Shown here: piece after piece, positions 1 through 9,895 of the stretch
How positions within the stretch are numbered: position 1 is the stretch's first letter
How the letters are laid out: every line of letters begins with the position of its first letter
DNA from: Oligoflexia bacterium
Lineage (GTDB): Bacteria > Bdellovibrionota_C > UBA2361 > SZUA-149 > DAOLCO01
Direction: 5' to 3'
DNA: 64,000 nucleotides
NCBI GenBank assembly: GCA_035327825.1
Contig: DAOLCO010000004.1
Location: 5,950 to 69,949 of the forward strand
The notes under the pieces: generated by a model
Databases searched by the model: none
Told to the model about the DNA's origin: nothing
What the model saw: the letters and a program-made list of their open reading frames with translations, nothing else
Program-made: the position numbers and the translations under genes

Positions 1-306
1 ATCAAGGTTAAGACAGGAATAATGCTGGGACTGGGAGAGATTGAATCGGAAATTGACCAGGTCTTGAGAGATTCATATGAACATGGAGTTAGAATTTTTA
101 CGGCAGGTCAGTATATGCAACCAACTCGTAATCATTTACCCGTTCAAAGATATCTGCTGCCAGAGGAATTTAATAGAGTGGAAGTCTTGGCTCGTCAGAT
201 TGGATTCCCGGTAGTTTTTTCGGGGCCTCTTGTTCGTTCCAGTTACCATGCCGGAGAGGTGCACTCAAGTTTGAATGAACACCTTGCAAATAGTGTAAAT
301 ATTTAA
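1..306 (+). CDS. lipA: lipoyl synthase, C-terminal fragment (5' end outside window)
   Basis: ORF runs off the window start in frame. The tail (GLGE...ILTxGQYxQP...) matches the conserved LipA C-terminus. Confidence 0.75.
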   Translation: MKVKTGIMLGLGEIESEIDQVLRDSYEHGVRIFTAGQYMQPTRNHLPVQRYLLPEEFNRVEVLARQIGFPVVFSGPLVRSSYHAGEVHSSLNEHLANSVNI

Positions 307-346
307 TTTTTTGTCCGGGGCTTTAGTGTTTAAAGCTGCATTTTAT

Positions 347-1627
347 ATGAATAATAAAATAAGTGAACACAGTTCTTTTCCCAGGGTTAAAGGACTTCCC
401 CCTTACTCTCTTGGCAAAATTGCAAACAGGGTACATGAGCTACGTGCCGGAGGTAAAGATGTAATTGATTGCAGTCAATTGAATCCAGCCCTTAAACCCC
501 CTCAACTAGCGGTTGATAAACTTGTACAGGTATCTTTGTTGCCACATAATCATCGATACTCTGCTTCTGGTGGTATTGCTCTTCTTCGTACGGCATTTAC
601 TGAATATTACAAAACAAAATTTAATGTGGAGATCGATGCAAATCAGGAGATTGTTGTTACCCAGGGAACCAAGGAAGGTATTGCTCACTTGCTTCAAGCC
701 ATACTTAATCCGGGGGATACAGTACTGGTTCCTGTTCCTACATATCCTGTTCATACTGCCTCAGTGTGTCTTGCCGGGGCAGGTTTTGTTGGTGTTCCCC
801 TCTGGAAATCATTTGATCATATGAGTGAAAAAAATGGAATTTTAACCGGTGATAGTGAATATTTTTTCACTCGGCTGGAAAATCGTTATTTTCAGACCTG
901 GCCAAGACCTCGTATTCTTGTTACCAGCTTTCCTCATAATCCGACGACAAGTATTGTAACAAAATGTTTTTATGAGAGATTAATATCTTTTGCAAGTTTG
1001 CATAATTTGTTTATAGTAAATGATTTTGCTCACGGAGATTTATATTTTTCTCAAGAAGACAGATGCAGCATTTTATCTTTGCCCCATGCCAAAGAAGTGG
1101 CAGTAGAATTTTACTCGCTTTCCAAGGGGTTTTCTCTTCCAGGGTGGCGGATTGGTTGTGGTGCCGGAAATGCAAATTTATTAAATGCTCTAAAGAGCGT
1201 TAAAAGTTATATTGATTTTGGTATCTTTCAGCCACTTCAGGTTGCAGCTTCTGAACTGCTTAAATATGAGAGTTCTTATGATCGAAATTCAGCCAGGGTT
1301 GATCCTAATGCTGAAAGTTCAGTTATTTCTGATAATACTGACTTGTATCGTCACCGTCGGGATATTTTGAAATCTATACTTGAACAAAATGGATGGAACG
1401 TTATTTCAAGTCGAGCTACCCCATTCATATGGTGTCGCTTACCTGAAGATATGAGAAGCGCTGGATCTCAGACTGTTGCAGATTTATTACTTGAGAAAAG
1501 ACACCTTGCCTGTTCACCCGGGCAGGGTTTTGACTCTCAGCAAGTTGATTGTATGCGGTTTTCACTTGTTGAATCTGAAACAAGACTTAGGGAAGTTTCT
1601 AACCGCATTCGTGATTTTGGACTATAA
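347..1627 (+). CDS. PLP-dependent aminotransferase, class I/II fold (AspC / LL-DAP aminotransferase-like)
   Basis: SLSKGFSLPGWRIG PLP-lysine motif and FPHNPTT motif. The ORF track starts at TTG 311; the in-frame ATG at 347 is the more likely start. Confidence 0.7.
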   Translation: MNNKISEHSSFPRVKGLPPYSLGKIANRVHELRAGGKDVIDCSQLNPALKPPQLAVDKLVQVSLLPHNHRYSASGGIALLRTAFTEYYKTKFNVEIDANQEIVVTQGTKEGIAHLLQAILNPGDTVLVPVPTYPVHTASVCLAGAGFVGVPLWKSFDHMSEKNGILTGDSEYFFTRLENRYFQTWPRPRILVTSFPHNPTTSIVTKCFYERLISFASLHNLFIVNDFAHGDLYFSQEDRCSILSLPHAKEVAVEFYSLSKGFSLPGWRIGCGAGNANLLNALKSVKSYIDFGIFQPLQVAASELLKYESSYDRNSARVDPNAESSVISDNTDLYRHRRDILKSILEQNGWNVISSRATPFIWCRLPEDMRSAGSQTVADLLLEKRHLACSPGQGFDSQQVDCMRFSLVESETRLREVSNRIRDFGL

Positions 1628-1658
1628 TAATTCTCTTTGCATGGTGTTATACGTTACG

Positions 1659-2873
1659 ATGAAATTAAATATGTTAAAAAAAACAGGTTTGCAAAAAATT
1701 ATTAGAATTTCTGTGCTGGCAAAGTTATCTTGCTTATGTATTATTACTTTTCTGAATTTACTGGCTAATACTGAAATTGCATTCCCTGAGAAGAAGAACA
1801 GTGAAAATTGTCCTAAAGCGCTAGTTGAACTTAAAAAACTTGAAATGGCCAATTTGTCAGTTTTGGATCATAGAAAGGGACTTGAAAATGTAGAACAACT
1901 TTGTCCTTCTCTGGTAGAAGGACAATACGAATTTGGTCGCTGGTATCTGGAGCAAGGTAATTATTCAGAAGCTTCACGTTATTTCAAGCAAGCTGAAAAT
2001 CTGAAGCCCAGACTTGAACATGCATTAGGCCTTGCAAAAGCAAAATCGATGTTGCTTGATTTTGTTTCTGCAGAAACAATTTATAAGGAAGCAATTGGAA
2101 AATATTCAGGCCACTGGAGTTTGCTTGAAGGACTTGGTGTACTTTACCTTAGTCTTGGCAAATACCAGGATGCGGAAGAGCTTTTTCGCCAGGGTCTTCA
2201 GGATCAGTCGCTAGAAGGAAGTCTTTATTATAATCTTGGAGTTGCTCTTGAAAGGCAGAATAGAATTGATGAAGCTATGTTAAGTTTTAAGACTGCTCTT
2301 GATAAATCTCCTCTTCTTGTTCAGGCAAGAGTTGCCCTTATAAAGGGCCATTTTGAAAAGGGTGAGTTTCTTGAGGCAAAACGTCTTGGGGAGCAAGGGA
2401 TGTTGCACAGCCCCGGAAATACTGAATTATTAATAATGCAGATTCAGGTTCTAGACACAATGAATAGCCCAAGTGAAGCTCTGAGGCTGGTGGAACGTCT
2501 TCCTGATTCTACTTCAAGATCAATGAAATCCGCCTTTAAGGCAGTGTTGTTATTAAGGGATGGAGAAAAGGAGGAGGTTCAGAAAATTTTTTCGGAGTGG
2601 TTTGGATCTGATCAGCGTGTGAGCGCTGATAATCTGGATGTAGCAAGAGCTTATTCCTATTTCCTTCTAGTTGAGAAAAAATTTGAAAAGGCAGAAATGA
2701 TCCTTGAGCAGATAATAGAAATTCGTCCTGATGATGCTAGTATGCTTAATAATCTTGGTGTAGCTTGTCAGTCATTAGGTAAAATTGATAAGGCAAAAGA
2801 TTATTTTCGTAAGGCTGGAGCTCTTCTTCCAGCCTCGTCAGTAGTCAAAGCTAATCAGGAAAAAATTTCATAA
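1659..2873 (+). CDS. secreted TPR-repeat protein
   Basis: Hydrophobic signal-like N-terminus (MKLNMLKKTGLQKIIRISVLAKLSCLCIITF). Multiple 34-aa TPR-like repeats (YYNLGVALERQNRIDEA, LNNLGVACQSLGKIDKA). The ORF track's upstream extension overlaps the aminotransferase. Confidence 0.6.
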   Translation: MKLNMLKKTGLQKIIRISVLAKLSCLCIITFLNLLANTEIAFPEKKNSENCPKALVELKKLEMANLSVLDHRKGLENVEQLCPSLVEGQYEFGRWYLEQGNYSEASRYFKQAENLKPRLEHALGLAKAKSMLLDFVSAETIYKEAIGKYSGHWSLLEGLGVLYLSLGKYQDAEELFRQGLQDQSLEGSLYYNLGVALERQNRIDEAMLSFKTALDKSPLLVQARVALIKGHFEKGEFLEAKRLGEQGMLHSPGNTELLIMQIQVLDTMNSPSEALRLVERLPDSTSRSMKSAFKAVLLLRDGEKEEVQKIFSEWFGSDQRVSADNLDVARAYSYFLLVEKKFEKAEMILEQIIEIRPDDASMLNNLGVACQSLGKIDKAKDYFRKAGALLPASSVVKANQEKIS

Positions 2874-2918
2874 ATTCGATTTCAGTTAATAACGTATAAA
2901 TTTTAAACCAATGATTAT

Positions 2919-4700
2919 ATGAAAGAAATTCTAAGGTCATCATTTAGATCTCATTATTGTGGCGAGTTATCTTCAAAAAATGTTGGGGAAAATGTTTGTC
3001 TTAGTGGTTGGATGAGAAGGAGAAGAGATCACGGCGGACTTATTTTCATAGATCTTGCAGATTTTTCCGGTAGAGTTCAATTAGTCTTCTCTCCTGAAAA
3101 TGAGGTTTCTTTTAAAGTTGCTGAATCTGTAAGAAATGAATTTGTAATCACTGTTCAGGGCACTGTCCGTGATCGTCCTTCAGGTACGGAAAATGCTGAA
3201 CTTTCTACCGGCTCAATCGAAATTTCTGTTAGTTCAGCAAGTATTCTGTCAAAATCTGAGGTTCCTCCTTTCATGATAGAAGATGAGACAGATGCGAAGG
3301 AGGAATTAAGACTCAGATATCGATATCTCGACATTCGTCGTCCTCATGTTCAGAACATTCTTAGAACTCGCGCTTCTGTTTGTCGTGCGACACGAAGTTA
3401 TCTTGATTCCCTTGGGTTTTGCGAAATTGAAACCCCAATTTTGTCCAAACCTACACCTGAAGGTGCAAGGGATTTTCTGGTTCCATCCCGGCATCAGTTC
3501 GGTTCTTTTTATGCTCTTCCCCAGTCACCCCAGTTATTCAAGCAGGTTCTGATGTGTGGTGGAATGGATAAGTATTATCAGATTGTAAGATGTTTTCGTG
3601 ATGAAGATTTCAGGGCAAATCGTCAGCCTGAGTTTACTCAAGTTGATATTGAGATGTCATTTGTAGGAGAAGAGGAGGTTCAGAGAGTTGTTGAAGGTTT
3701 GGTTTCTCATATCTGGCAGGAAGTAAGAGGAATGACTCTTGAAACTCCATTTCTTCATATGAGCTATGATGAAGTAATGTTAAAGTATGGACTTGATGCA
3801 CCAGATTTAAGATTTGATCTTGAGATTTCTGACGTTACAGAAGTTTTCAGAAGTATCCAGTCTGATCGTATTCTTGAAACTCTTTCCACTGGTGGGGTAG
3901 TTCGGGGTATTCTTGTTCCCGATGGAGCTTCACTTTCCAGAAAGGATATGGATGAGCTTACTTCTTTTGTTTCTTCTTATGGGGCGAAGGGACTTGCCTG
4001 GTTCAAGAATGAGCAGGGTGTATTAAAGGGGCCTCTAGCAAAGTTTTTTCCAGAGAATATGCATTCAGATATTATTAAGGAGTTATGTCTTTCTGAGTCG
4101 GATTGTTATCTGGCTATATCTGATCAATTATCAGTTGTTTGTGCAAGTCTTGGAGCACTAAGGGTTAAGCTTGCCCAGAGATTTGAACTTATAGATGGAG
4201 ATAAGCTTTCTTTTGTCTGGATTGATTCATTCCCATTACTTGAGTTCGATCCAGTGGCTAAAAGGCATGTTGCGGTTCACCACCCTTTTACTGCTCCTCA
4301 ATTTAATTCTGTTAACAAAATATCTGAACTTAAAAGTGATCCTCTTTCAGTAAAAGCAAGGGCATATGATCTTGTGCTAAATGGACAGGAAATACTTGGA
4401 GGAAGTATAAGAATTAATGATACTGAACTCCAGGCGGAAATTTTTAATCTTCTTGGAATATCAAGGGAAGAGGCTCAGTCCAAATTTGGATTTTTGCTTG
4501 ATGCTCTATCCTTTGGTGCGCCCCCACATGGTGGAATTGCAATGGGTCTTGATCGGGTTGTAATGATTCTTTGTGGAACTGATTCAATACGTGAAGTAAT
4601 TCCCTTTCCAAAGACTCAGCGTGGTGCTGATATTATGGTTGGAGCACCAGCGCCTGCCGGTGTAGAGCAGCTTTTAGAGCTTGGGATCAAGGTGTTGTAG
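2919..4700 (+). CDS. aspS: aspartyl-tRNA synthetase
   Basis: N-terminal OB fold (RDHGGLIFIDL), class II motifs (FRDEDFRANRQPEFTQVDIEMSF; GGSIRINDTELQ), typical length. Confidence 0.93.
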   Translation: MKEILRSSFRSHYCGELSSKNVGENVCLSGWMRRRRDHGGLIFIDLADFSGRVQLVFSPENEVSFKVAESVRNEFVITVQGTVRDRPSGTENAELSTGSIEISVSSASILSKSEVPPFMIEDETDAKEELRLRYRYLDIRRPHVQNILRTRASVCRATRSYLDSLGFCEIETPILSKPTPEGARDFLVPSRHQFGSFYALPQSPQLFKQVLMCGGMDKYYQIVRCFRDEDFRANRQPEFTQVDIEMSFVGEEEVQRVVEGLVSHIWQEVRGMTLETPFLHMSYDEVMLKYGLDAPDLRFDLEISDVTEVFRSIQSDRILETLSTGGVVRGILVPDGASLSRKDMDELTSFVSSYGAKGLAWFKNEQGVLKGPLAKFFPENMHSDIIKELCLSESDCYLAISDQLSVVCASLGALRVKLAQRFELIDGDKLSFVWIDSFPLLEFDPVAKRHVAVHHPFTAPQFNSVNKISELKSDPLSVKARAYDLVLNGQEILGGSIRINDTELQAEIFNLLGISREEAQSKFGFLLDALSFGAPPHGGIAMGLDRVVMILCGTDSIREVIPFPKTQRGADIMVGAPAPAGVEQLLELGIKVL

Positions 4701-4882
4701 GGGATTTAAATAATATTTAAGGATAAAAGAATTCATGCTTCTTCTTCGCCCGTAAAACTTTTGATGGGCGTGTTTCGCAACAGATCCATAACCCGCATTA
4801 TTATTCATATCCAGATTTGCTGATAGGATCGTTTTTCAGCACTCCCAAATCTTCTTTAGATTCTGTCATGCCGAACCATAAC

Positions 4883-6034
4883 TCATACCCCATACTTTTT
4901 ACAAAAATCCATAAAAGGAATTATCTTCAGATTATCATCAATTTGCCTTGATTCTTCACCAACATGCACTTGATAAAATTTAGGGATATTTGTTCTCTTT
5001 CTGAAGTAATCAAGATGAGGCGAGAGGTTTAGGGAATCAGAAAATTTTGCTTCAACAGCAAATTCAGGTTTTTTATTTTTAAGAACTACAAAATCAACTT
5101 CTCTTGCGTTTGTGTCACGAATATATCGTAACTCCATCTTATGTCCTTCAGTATCTTCAAGGAAATGGCAATAGGAAAGCAGGTGACTTGCAACAAGATT
5201 TTCAAAACGTATTCCGGGGTTTTCGATTTGTGTCCAGTCCCAAAGATAAATTTTTTGTTCTTTTTTAACTGCCTTTATCTTAGGAGATCCAAATGGTGGA
5301 ACTAGAAATGAATAATATAAAGAACCTAAAATTCCAATCCACCTCTTTGAGGTTTTAAAATCTATTTCAAGGTCATTAGCTATGCTACTCATGGAGAGTG
5401 GAGACCCTACTCTTCTTGGAAGCTCCTCAGCCATTTGTTCTAGTTTATCAAGGTCCTTGACGGTATATAGATCTCTCAAGTCATCTTTTACAAGTCTCCC
5501 GATACGTTGGGTGTGCCACCTTCTGAGGTCTCTCTGATCTTTTGAAGATAACATTTCCGGGAAGCCACCATACTCCAAAAGCAGATCAAGATTATTTCTG
5601 CTATATCCCAGTTCTCCCAATGTATAAGGACCAAGTCTGTAATAGAAATATCTTCCAAGTAGAGAATCTCCTCCCTTTCTGTAATGATCAAGCCTTGCAG
5701 AGCCTGTGATTAAGAATTTATGTGAATGCTTAAGAGTGTCATAGAAGCCTTTAATGAGATTTCTCCATCCCTTTGACTTATGAATTTCATCAAGAACAAT
5801 CAAGTTCTGTTCACTTGGCCATTCTCTATTTCGAATTTTTTTTCTATGTTCAGCAAGATCCCAATTGAGATACCCAGGATGACCATCCGAGTAATTTTCT
5901 ATAAGGGATTGCGCCAGGGTAGTTTTCCCTATCTGTCGAGGACCTCCCAGAAAAACCATTTTCTTTTCAAGGTCTTGGGTAATATACGGTAAAATTTTTC
6001 TTTGTGGTAAAACTGGCATGAGTCTATTATCCAT
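4883..6034 (-). CDS. AAA+ ATPase, DUF4143 family
   Basis: Walker A GGPRQIGKTTLAQ near the N-terminus. Overall layout matches the AAA_14/DUF4143 family. Confidence 0.7.
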   Translation of the reverse strand: MDNRLMPVLPQRKILPYITQDLEKKMVFLGGPRQIGKTTLAQSLIENYSDGHPGYLNWDLAEHRKKIRNREWPSEQNLIVLDEIHKSKGWRNLIKGFYDTLKHSHKFLITGSARLDHYRKGGDSLLGRYFYYRLGPYTLGELGYSRNNLDLLLEYGGFPEMLSSKDQRDLRRWHTQRIGRLVKDDLRDLYTVKDLDKLEQMAEELPRRVGSPLSMSSIANDLEIDFKTSKRWIGILGSLYYSFLVPPFGSPKIKAVKKEQKIYLWDWTQIENPGIRFENLVASHLLSYCHFLEDTEGHKMELRYIRDTNAREVDFVVLKNKKPEFAVEAKFSDSLNLSPHLDYFRKRTNIPKFYQVHVGEESRQIDDNLKIIPFMDFCKKYGV

Positions 6035-6292
6035 GATTGTAAAATGGAGTCAAGTCTGTTTTAGTGCAATCTCTAAAGAAACATATTTTCAAAGAGCTCT
6101 GAAAGAAGTACCGCTCTTTTTTTCTTTCCGACACTTCGGGTGACTTGCATTCTCTACGTTCAGTATATGCGCCCAAAAAATATACAGGGGGATTCACCTT
6201 CGGCTCAAATACCCCAATTTAATTTTCCATACGGAAAATCAAATCATGTGGGGTATAAATGCCGTAAGCTACTGACAGGTAATGTTAAAACA

Positions 6293-8545
6293 CTACTTTA
6301 ACAAACCAGGTACGACAAATTGAGGCAAGGTGTTGGTGTTTCTTTTAAGCCTGGTTGTTGTACCGAATATAAGGGCATTTCCTGTTGGCGTGACCCTGAC
6401 TGTTCCATAAGAATTTGCTATCGTACCAAATAATCCAAAATCATGAAGATTAACTTCCTTACTTTCAAACGGTGCAAATGACATGGTTCCACTTGCTCCG
6501 GAGCTTGATTGTGAAGCTATGAGAATGTTTGCTGATCCAGAAAGGGCAGCTGTATTATGTAATCTTAATCTACTTTCCATTGACAGAAAAAGGTTATAAC
6601 TGCCATTTAAAATACTACTTCCGGACGTTACCTCCTGAGTTCCACTGATTGAAGATATTGAACCAGAGACAGGATCTCTGAAATAAAACATTGATTGAGA
6701 AGCAAGGGGAGTTCCACCAGTCGGAGTTATGCTTCCAAATCCAATACTTCCAGCGGGCAGTATTTGAGATGTATTTAAATGAAACTGAGAGTATGGATTA
6801 AGCCCAATAGTCTGATTACTTAGTAAGTTACCAGATTCACTGAAAATCTGAACCTGGGCAGAATTTCCCTGACTTGAGGGATTTACAAGTTCAATCCAGT
6901 TCTGATGTGTGTCCCTGTCTCCAACAGGAAAATAATGAGTCCCATTAAGACCTTTGGTTGCTACCAAAGGAAAGGCAAAGTTAAATGCAGTTCCTCCAGT
7001 TTTATAACCATAGCGAACCAGTTGGGCACTGTATTTTGCATTGATATCTACGGGAACTATTTCAAGAAGTCCAACATTACCTGGTCCAGGACTTACATGT
7101 CCACCATCTATATCTGCCCGATTTCTGCTGGCAAGAGAAATATTTGTTTCAGATAAAAGTACACCTGACTGATTATACTTTTTTACAAGAAATGATTTAG
7201 TGCCAGTATCGAGATTAACAACTGAAAGCCAGTTAGCAACAAGATTTGATGTTTCCCCAGGGTTAAAACTTGGCTGAAATGTATTAAAGCTCACTGAGCT
7301 TTTGTTGGTTATTGGAGGAGCAAATGGTAATGCATATGCAAAGTCAAAATCAGTAAAGCTGCCACTGACTTTAGGTTTATAATAACTGATTCGTCCGCTA
7401 ACATTACTCGATATTTGAACCACACCATAGGAGTCTGTACTGTATCCACTTAATTGATTTAGAATAACATCAAACTGCTGTCCAGCAGGAACTGAAAATG
7501 AATTGGTTGAGACATGAGTCCCTGCAGCATTAAAGAGATTCACTTTTGCTGTTACTGCACTTCCACTAGTATTTTGAATCTCAGCAATATTTACTAAACC
7601 AATAAAACCATTCCATAAACCATAATCACCATCTGTCTCACTTAAAGGCTCACTTGGCGTAACTGAAACAGGAGGCGGAGGATTGCCCGATACTGGGCTG
7701 CTGGATGTCGGAGTGTACTCGTTAATCCAGCTAAGATAATGCGGGACTCTGGCCCAGACACCAAATTTATTTGGAAGGGCGCATCCTTCTCCAAAACTTG
7801 TAGCGCCAATCAGAAGTGGTGCATTAGTTCCACCAATAACCAGTGGCCCTCCGCTATCTCCCTGACAGGCATCCTTTCCTCCTCCCTGAACCCCAGCACA
7901 TACCATTCCGGCAGTAATTGAATTACCATACATGGTATTACATGCGTTATTTGTAATTACCTGCAAATCAACCTGAAGAAGTAGTGGAGATGAAGAACCA
8001 CCTGAACTTGTAGTTCCCCATCCGATAGCTGTGCTTACAAGTCCTGCAAGTTCTGATGAGGGATCAGCTATACCAATAATTGTTCCTGTGTTTGATGGAG
8101 ATGCGAGCTCAAGAAGAGCAATATCATTGTTACTTGTGTTTTCATTATATTGAGGATGGGGGATAATCCTTTTAACATTGATTGTTTCCCCGCCATTTTG
8201 CCTGAGATCATGAAGTCCTATTCCTACTTCCATACTTTGAGGGGTCTCTTCAGCTATGCAGTGCGCTGCAGTTACAACCCACGTGGTTGCAATTAGGGAA
8301 CCTCCGCAAAACTGGCGATTAAATTTATTACCGCTACCTTTACTAAAAAGCCCAACCATAAAAGGCCATGAACCAGGACTAGCTTCAATCCCGCCAACAA
8401 TTCTTGGACGAATTACATCATCAGGATTTGATGCATAAGAATCTGTTCTAAGTTGAATGAAGGAAAGATTAACTAAAAAGAGAAAGATATAAACAGGTTT
8501 GAATAATTTATGTGTCATAAACCTTGATACTCCAGGTTTTTTCAA
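6293..8545 (-). CDS. secreted trypsin-like (S1 family) serine protease with long C-terminal extension
   Basis: Signal peptide, IVGG start, catalytic triad contexts (TAAHC, DIALLEL, GDSGGPL). A Pro-rich linker is followed by a ~450-aa S/T/G/N-rich region. Confidence 0.8.
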   Translation of the reverse strand: MKKPGVSRFMTHKLFKPVYIFLFLVNLSFIQLRTDSYASNPDDVIRPRIVGGIEASPGSWPFMVGLFSKGSGNKFNRQFCGGSLIATTWVVTAAHCIAEETPQSMEVGIGLHDLRQNGGETINVKRIIPHPQYNENTSNNDIALLELASPSNTGTIIGIADPSSELAGLVSTAIGWGTTSSGGSSSPLLLQVDLQVITNNACNTMYGNSITAGMVCAGVQGGGKDACQGDSGGPLVIGGTNAPLLIGATSFGEGCALPNKFGVWARVPHYLSWINEYTPTSSSPVSGNPPPPVSVTPSEPLSETDGDYGLWNGFIGLVNIAEIQNTSGSAVTAKVNLFNAAGTHVSTNSFSVPAGQQFDVILNQLSGYSTDSYGVVQISSNVSGRISYYKPKVSGSFTDFDFAYALPFAPPITNKSSVSFNTFQPSFNPGETSNLVANWLSVVNLDTGTKSFLVKKYNQSGVLLSETNISLASRNRADIDGGHVSPGPGNVGLLEIVPVDINAKYSAQLVRYGYKTGGTAFNFAFPLVATKGLNGTHYFPVGDRDTHQNWIELVNPSSQGNSAQVQIFSESGNLLSNQTIGLNPYSQFHLNTSQILPAGSIGFGSITPTGGTPLASQSMFYFRDPVSGSISSISGTQEVTSGSSILNGSYNLFLSMESRLRLHNTAALSGSANILIASQSSSGASGTMSFAPFESKEVNLHDFGLFGTIANSYGTVRVTPTGNALIFGTTTRLKRNTNTLPQFVVPGLLK

Positions 8546-8659
8546 GAAGATAGCGTAACTATTCGGTACTTATTCTGAAATACTGAAGGCGAATTTAGAA
8601 TTTTAAGCTTTTTGAGATATAGATATTTTTAGGGTGGTAGCTTTTATGAGAATTGGAGT

Positions 8660-8734
8660 TGGTAGGCGCGGGGAGGATTGAACTCCCGACTTCTTGCACG
8701 TCAAGCAAGCGCTCTCCCGCTGAGCTACGCGCCT
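8660..8734 (-). tRNA. tRNA-Val (anticodon GAC), CCA encoded
   Basis: Hand-folded cloverleaf: 7-bp acceptor AGGCGCG/CGCGCCT, D-arm GCTC/GAGC, anticodon stem CTTGC/GCAAG with loop TTGACGT, T-arm GGGAG/CTCCC with TTCAATC loop, discriminator A then CCA. Confidence 0.85.
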
Positions 8735-9130
8735 AAAATTATTGATAAAATGTCCTGTAAGTTCATTTTTATCATTAACAGTAAAGTTTCCTAGCATAGC
8801 TTCAACCTTATTTAAAGTTTCAATACAGTTAGATAACTAATCCCCGATCTCTAATACAATAACAATTTAAGAGCACTAAAAGCATAGGATATTATGTTTT
8901 TAATTAAACTCAAATCTTGCTGATTATTTGCCATACCCCTTTCAAATTACCCTGTATTTTGCTATTAAGCGGGACAATTTTTGTGCAGGGATTCCATTTA
9001 TATTGATTTATCATGTAAACTTAATAGGATATGTAAGTTTTTTGATAGAAAGTTTTATTTTAGTCAGTATATTTATTTTTATCCGATAATTTTTTTAATA
9101 CTGTGTTTCTAAATTCCTAGGGTGGCAGAT

Positions 9131-9331
9131 ATGCCAAAAATGAAAACTAACAGAGCGGCTGCAAAAAGATACACTAAAACAGGTGGTGGTAAAGTTAAGA
9201 GGGGCTCTGCTTTCAGACGTCATATTCTTACTTCCAAATCTTCCAAAACAAAGAGGCAGTTAAGATCACCAGCTTACATTTCAGATGCAAATATTAAGGA
9301 AGTTGAAAGGAGACTTTTACCCTACGGGTAG
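9131..9331 (+). CDS. rpmI: 50S ribosomal protein L35
   Basis: [33 protein letters not shown] is the canonical L35 sequence. SD AGGGTGG lies ~8 nt upstream. A GTG at 9122 is an alternative start. Confidence 0.9.
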   Translation: MPKMKTNRAAAKRYTKTGGGKVKRGSAFRRHILTSKSSKTKRQLRSPAYISDANIKEVERRLLPYG

Positions 9332-9354
9332 TTTTTAAAGACTAAATAAATCAT

Positions 9355-9396
9355 AAGTTAATACAGTTTAAGTTAATACAGCTTAAGTTAATAAAG
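9355..9396. repeat. three tandem ~15-nt copies (AAGTTAATACAGYT) in the rpmI-rplT spacer
   Basis: Copies start at 9355, 9370 and 9385, immediately upstream of the rplT SD AGAGGG. Confidence 0.6.
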
Positions 9397-9404
9397 AGGG
9401 TATC

Positions 9405-9824
9405 ATGCGGGTTAAAAGAGGCGTTAAAGCCAAGAAAAGAAGAAGCAGTGTATTTGAACGGGCCAAAGGCTTTCGTGGTCGTTCAAAAAATACCATCCGT
9501 CAAGCCAGCAGTCGCGTGGATAAGGCAATGCGGTACATGTACCGTGATCGAAAGAGGAAAAAAGGTGACTTTCGAGCAATCTGGATACAGAGGATTAATG
9601 CTGCTGCAAGAATAATGGGCATGAACTATAACGGCTTTATAAGTGCACTAAAAGTTGCAGGAGTTGAGCTTGACCGTCGAATGCTCGCAAAAATTGCTGT
9701 AGAGCGACCTGAAGCGTTCAAGGCTGTAGGTGATATTGCTTCTAAACATGTACAACCTTGTAGTGTTTTAAAAGCACAAACCTTTTCTAGTGTTGCGTCA
9801 TCGGGTATTTCTGCTGAAGTTTAG
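9405..9824 (+). CDS. rplT: 50S ribosomal protein L20 (with short C-terminal extension)
   Basis: MRVKRGVKAKKRR...AIWIQRINAAAR is the canonical L20. It sits directly downstream of rpmI. Confidence 0.92.
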   Translation: MRVKRGVKAKKRRSSVFERAKGFRGRSKNTIRQASSRVDKAMRYMYRDRKRKKGDFRAIWIQRINAAARIMGMNYNGFISALKVAGVELDRRMLAKIAVERPEAFKAVGDIASKHVQPCSVLKAQTFSSVASSGISAEV

Positions 9825-9895
9825 TTTGAGTTTCTTCTTGGCTATAGCTTTTAAACTCGTTTAGTCAGGCCTTTGCGATCAATACAGGTGTTCTC

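Noticed and set aside
506-1852. Antisense or overlapping small ORFs (506-754, 513-824, 1622-1852 and similar 60-130 aa ORFs inside larger genes throughout)
   Set aside because: They lie fully within well-supported protein-coding genes with strong family matches. Compositional chance ORFs are typical of AT-rich DNA.
6088-6130. Hairpin AAAGAGC...GCTCTTT followed by TTTTTTT between the AAA ATPase and protease genes
   Set aside because: 7-bp AT-rich stem with a 16-nt loop on the strand opposite to both flanking genes. Too weak to call a terminator.
8603-8797. 64-aa minus-strand ORF overlapping tRNA-Val
   Set aside because: It overlaps a well-folded tRNA gene and is a spurious ORF.
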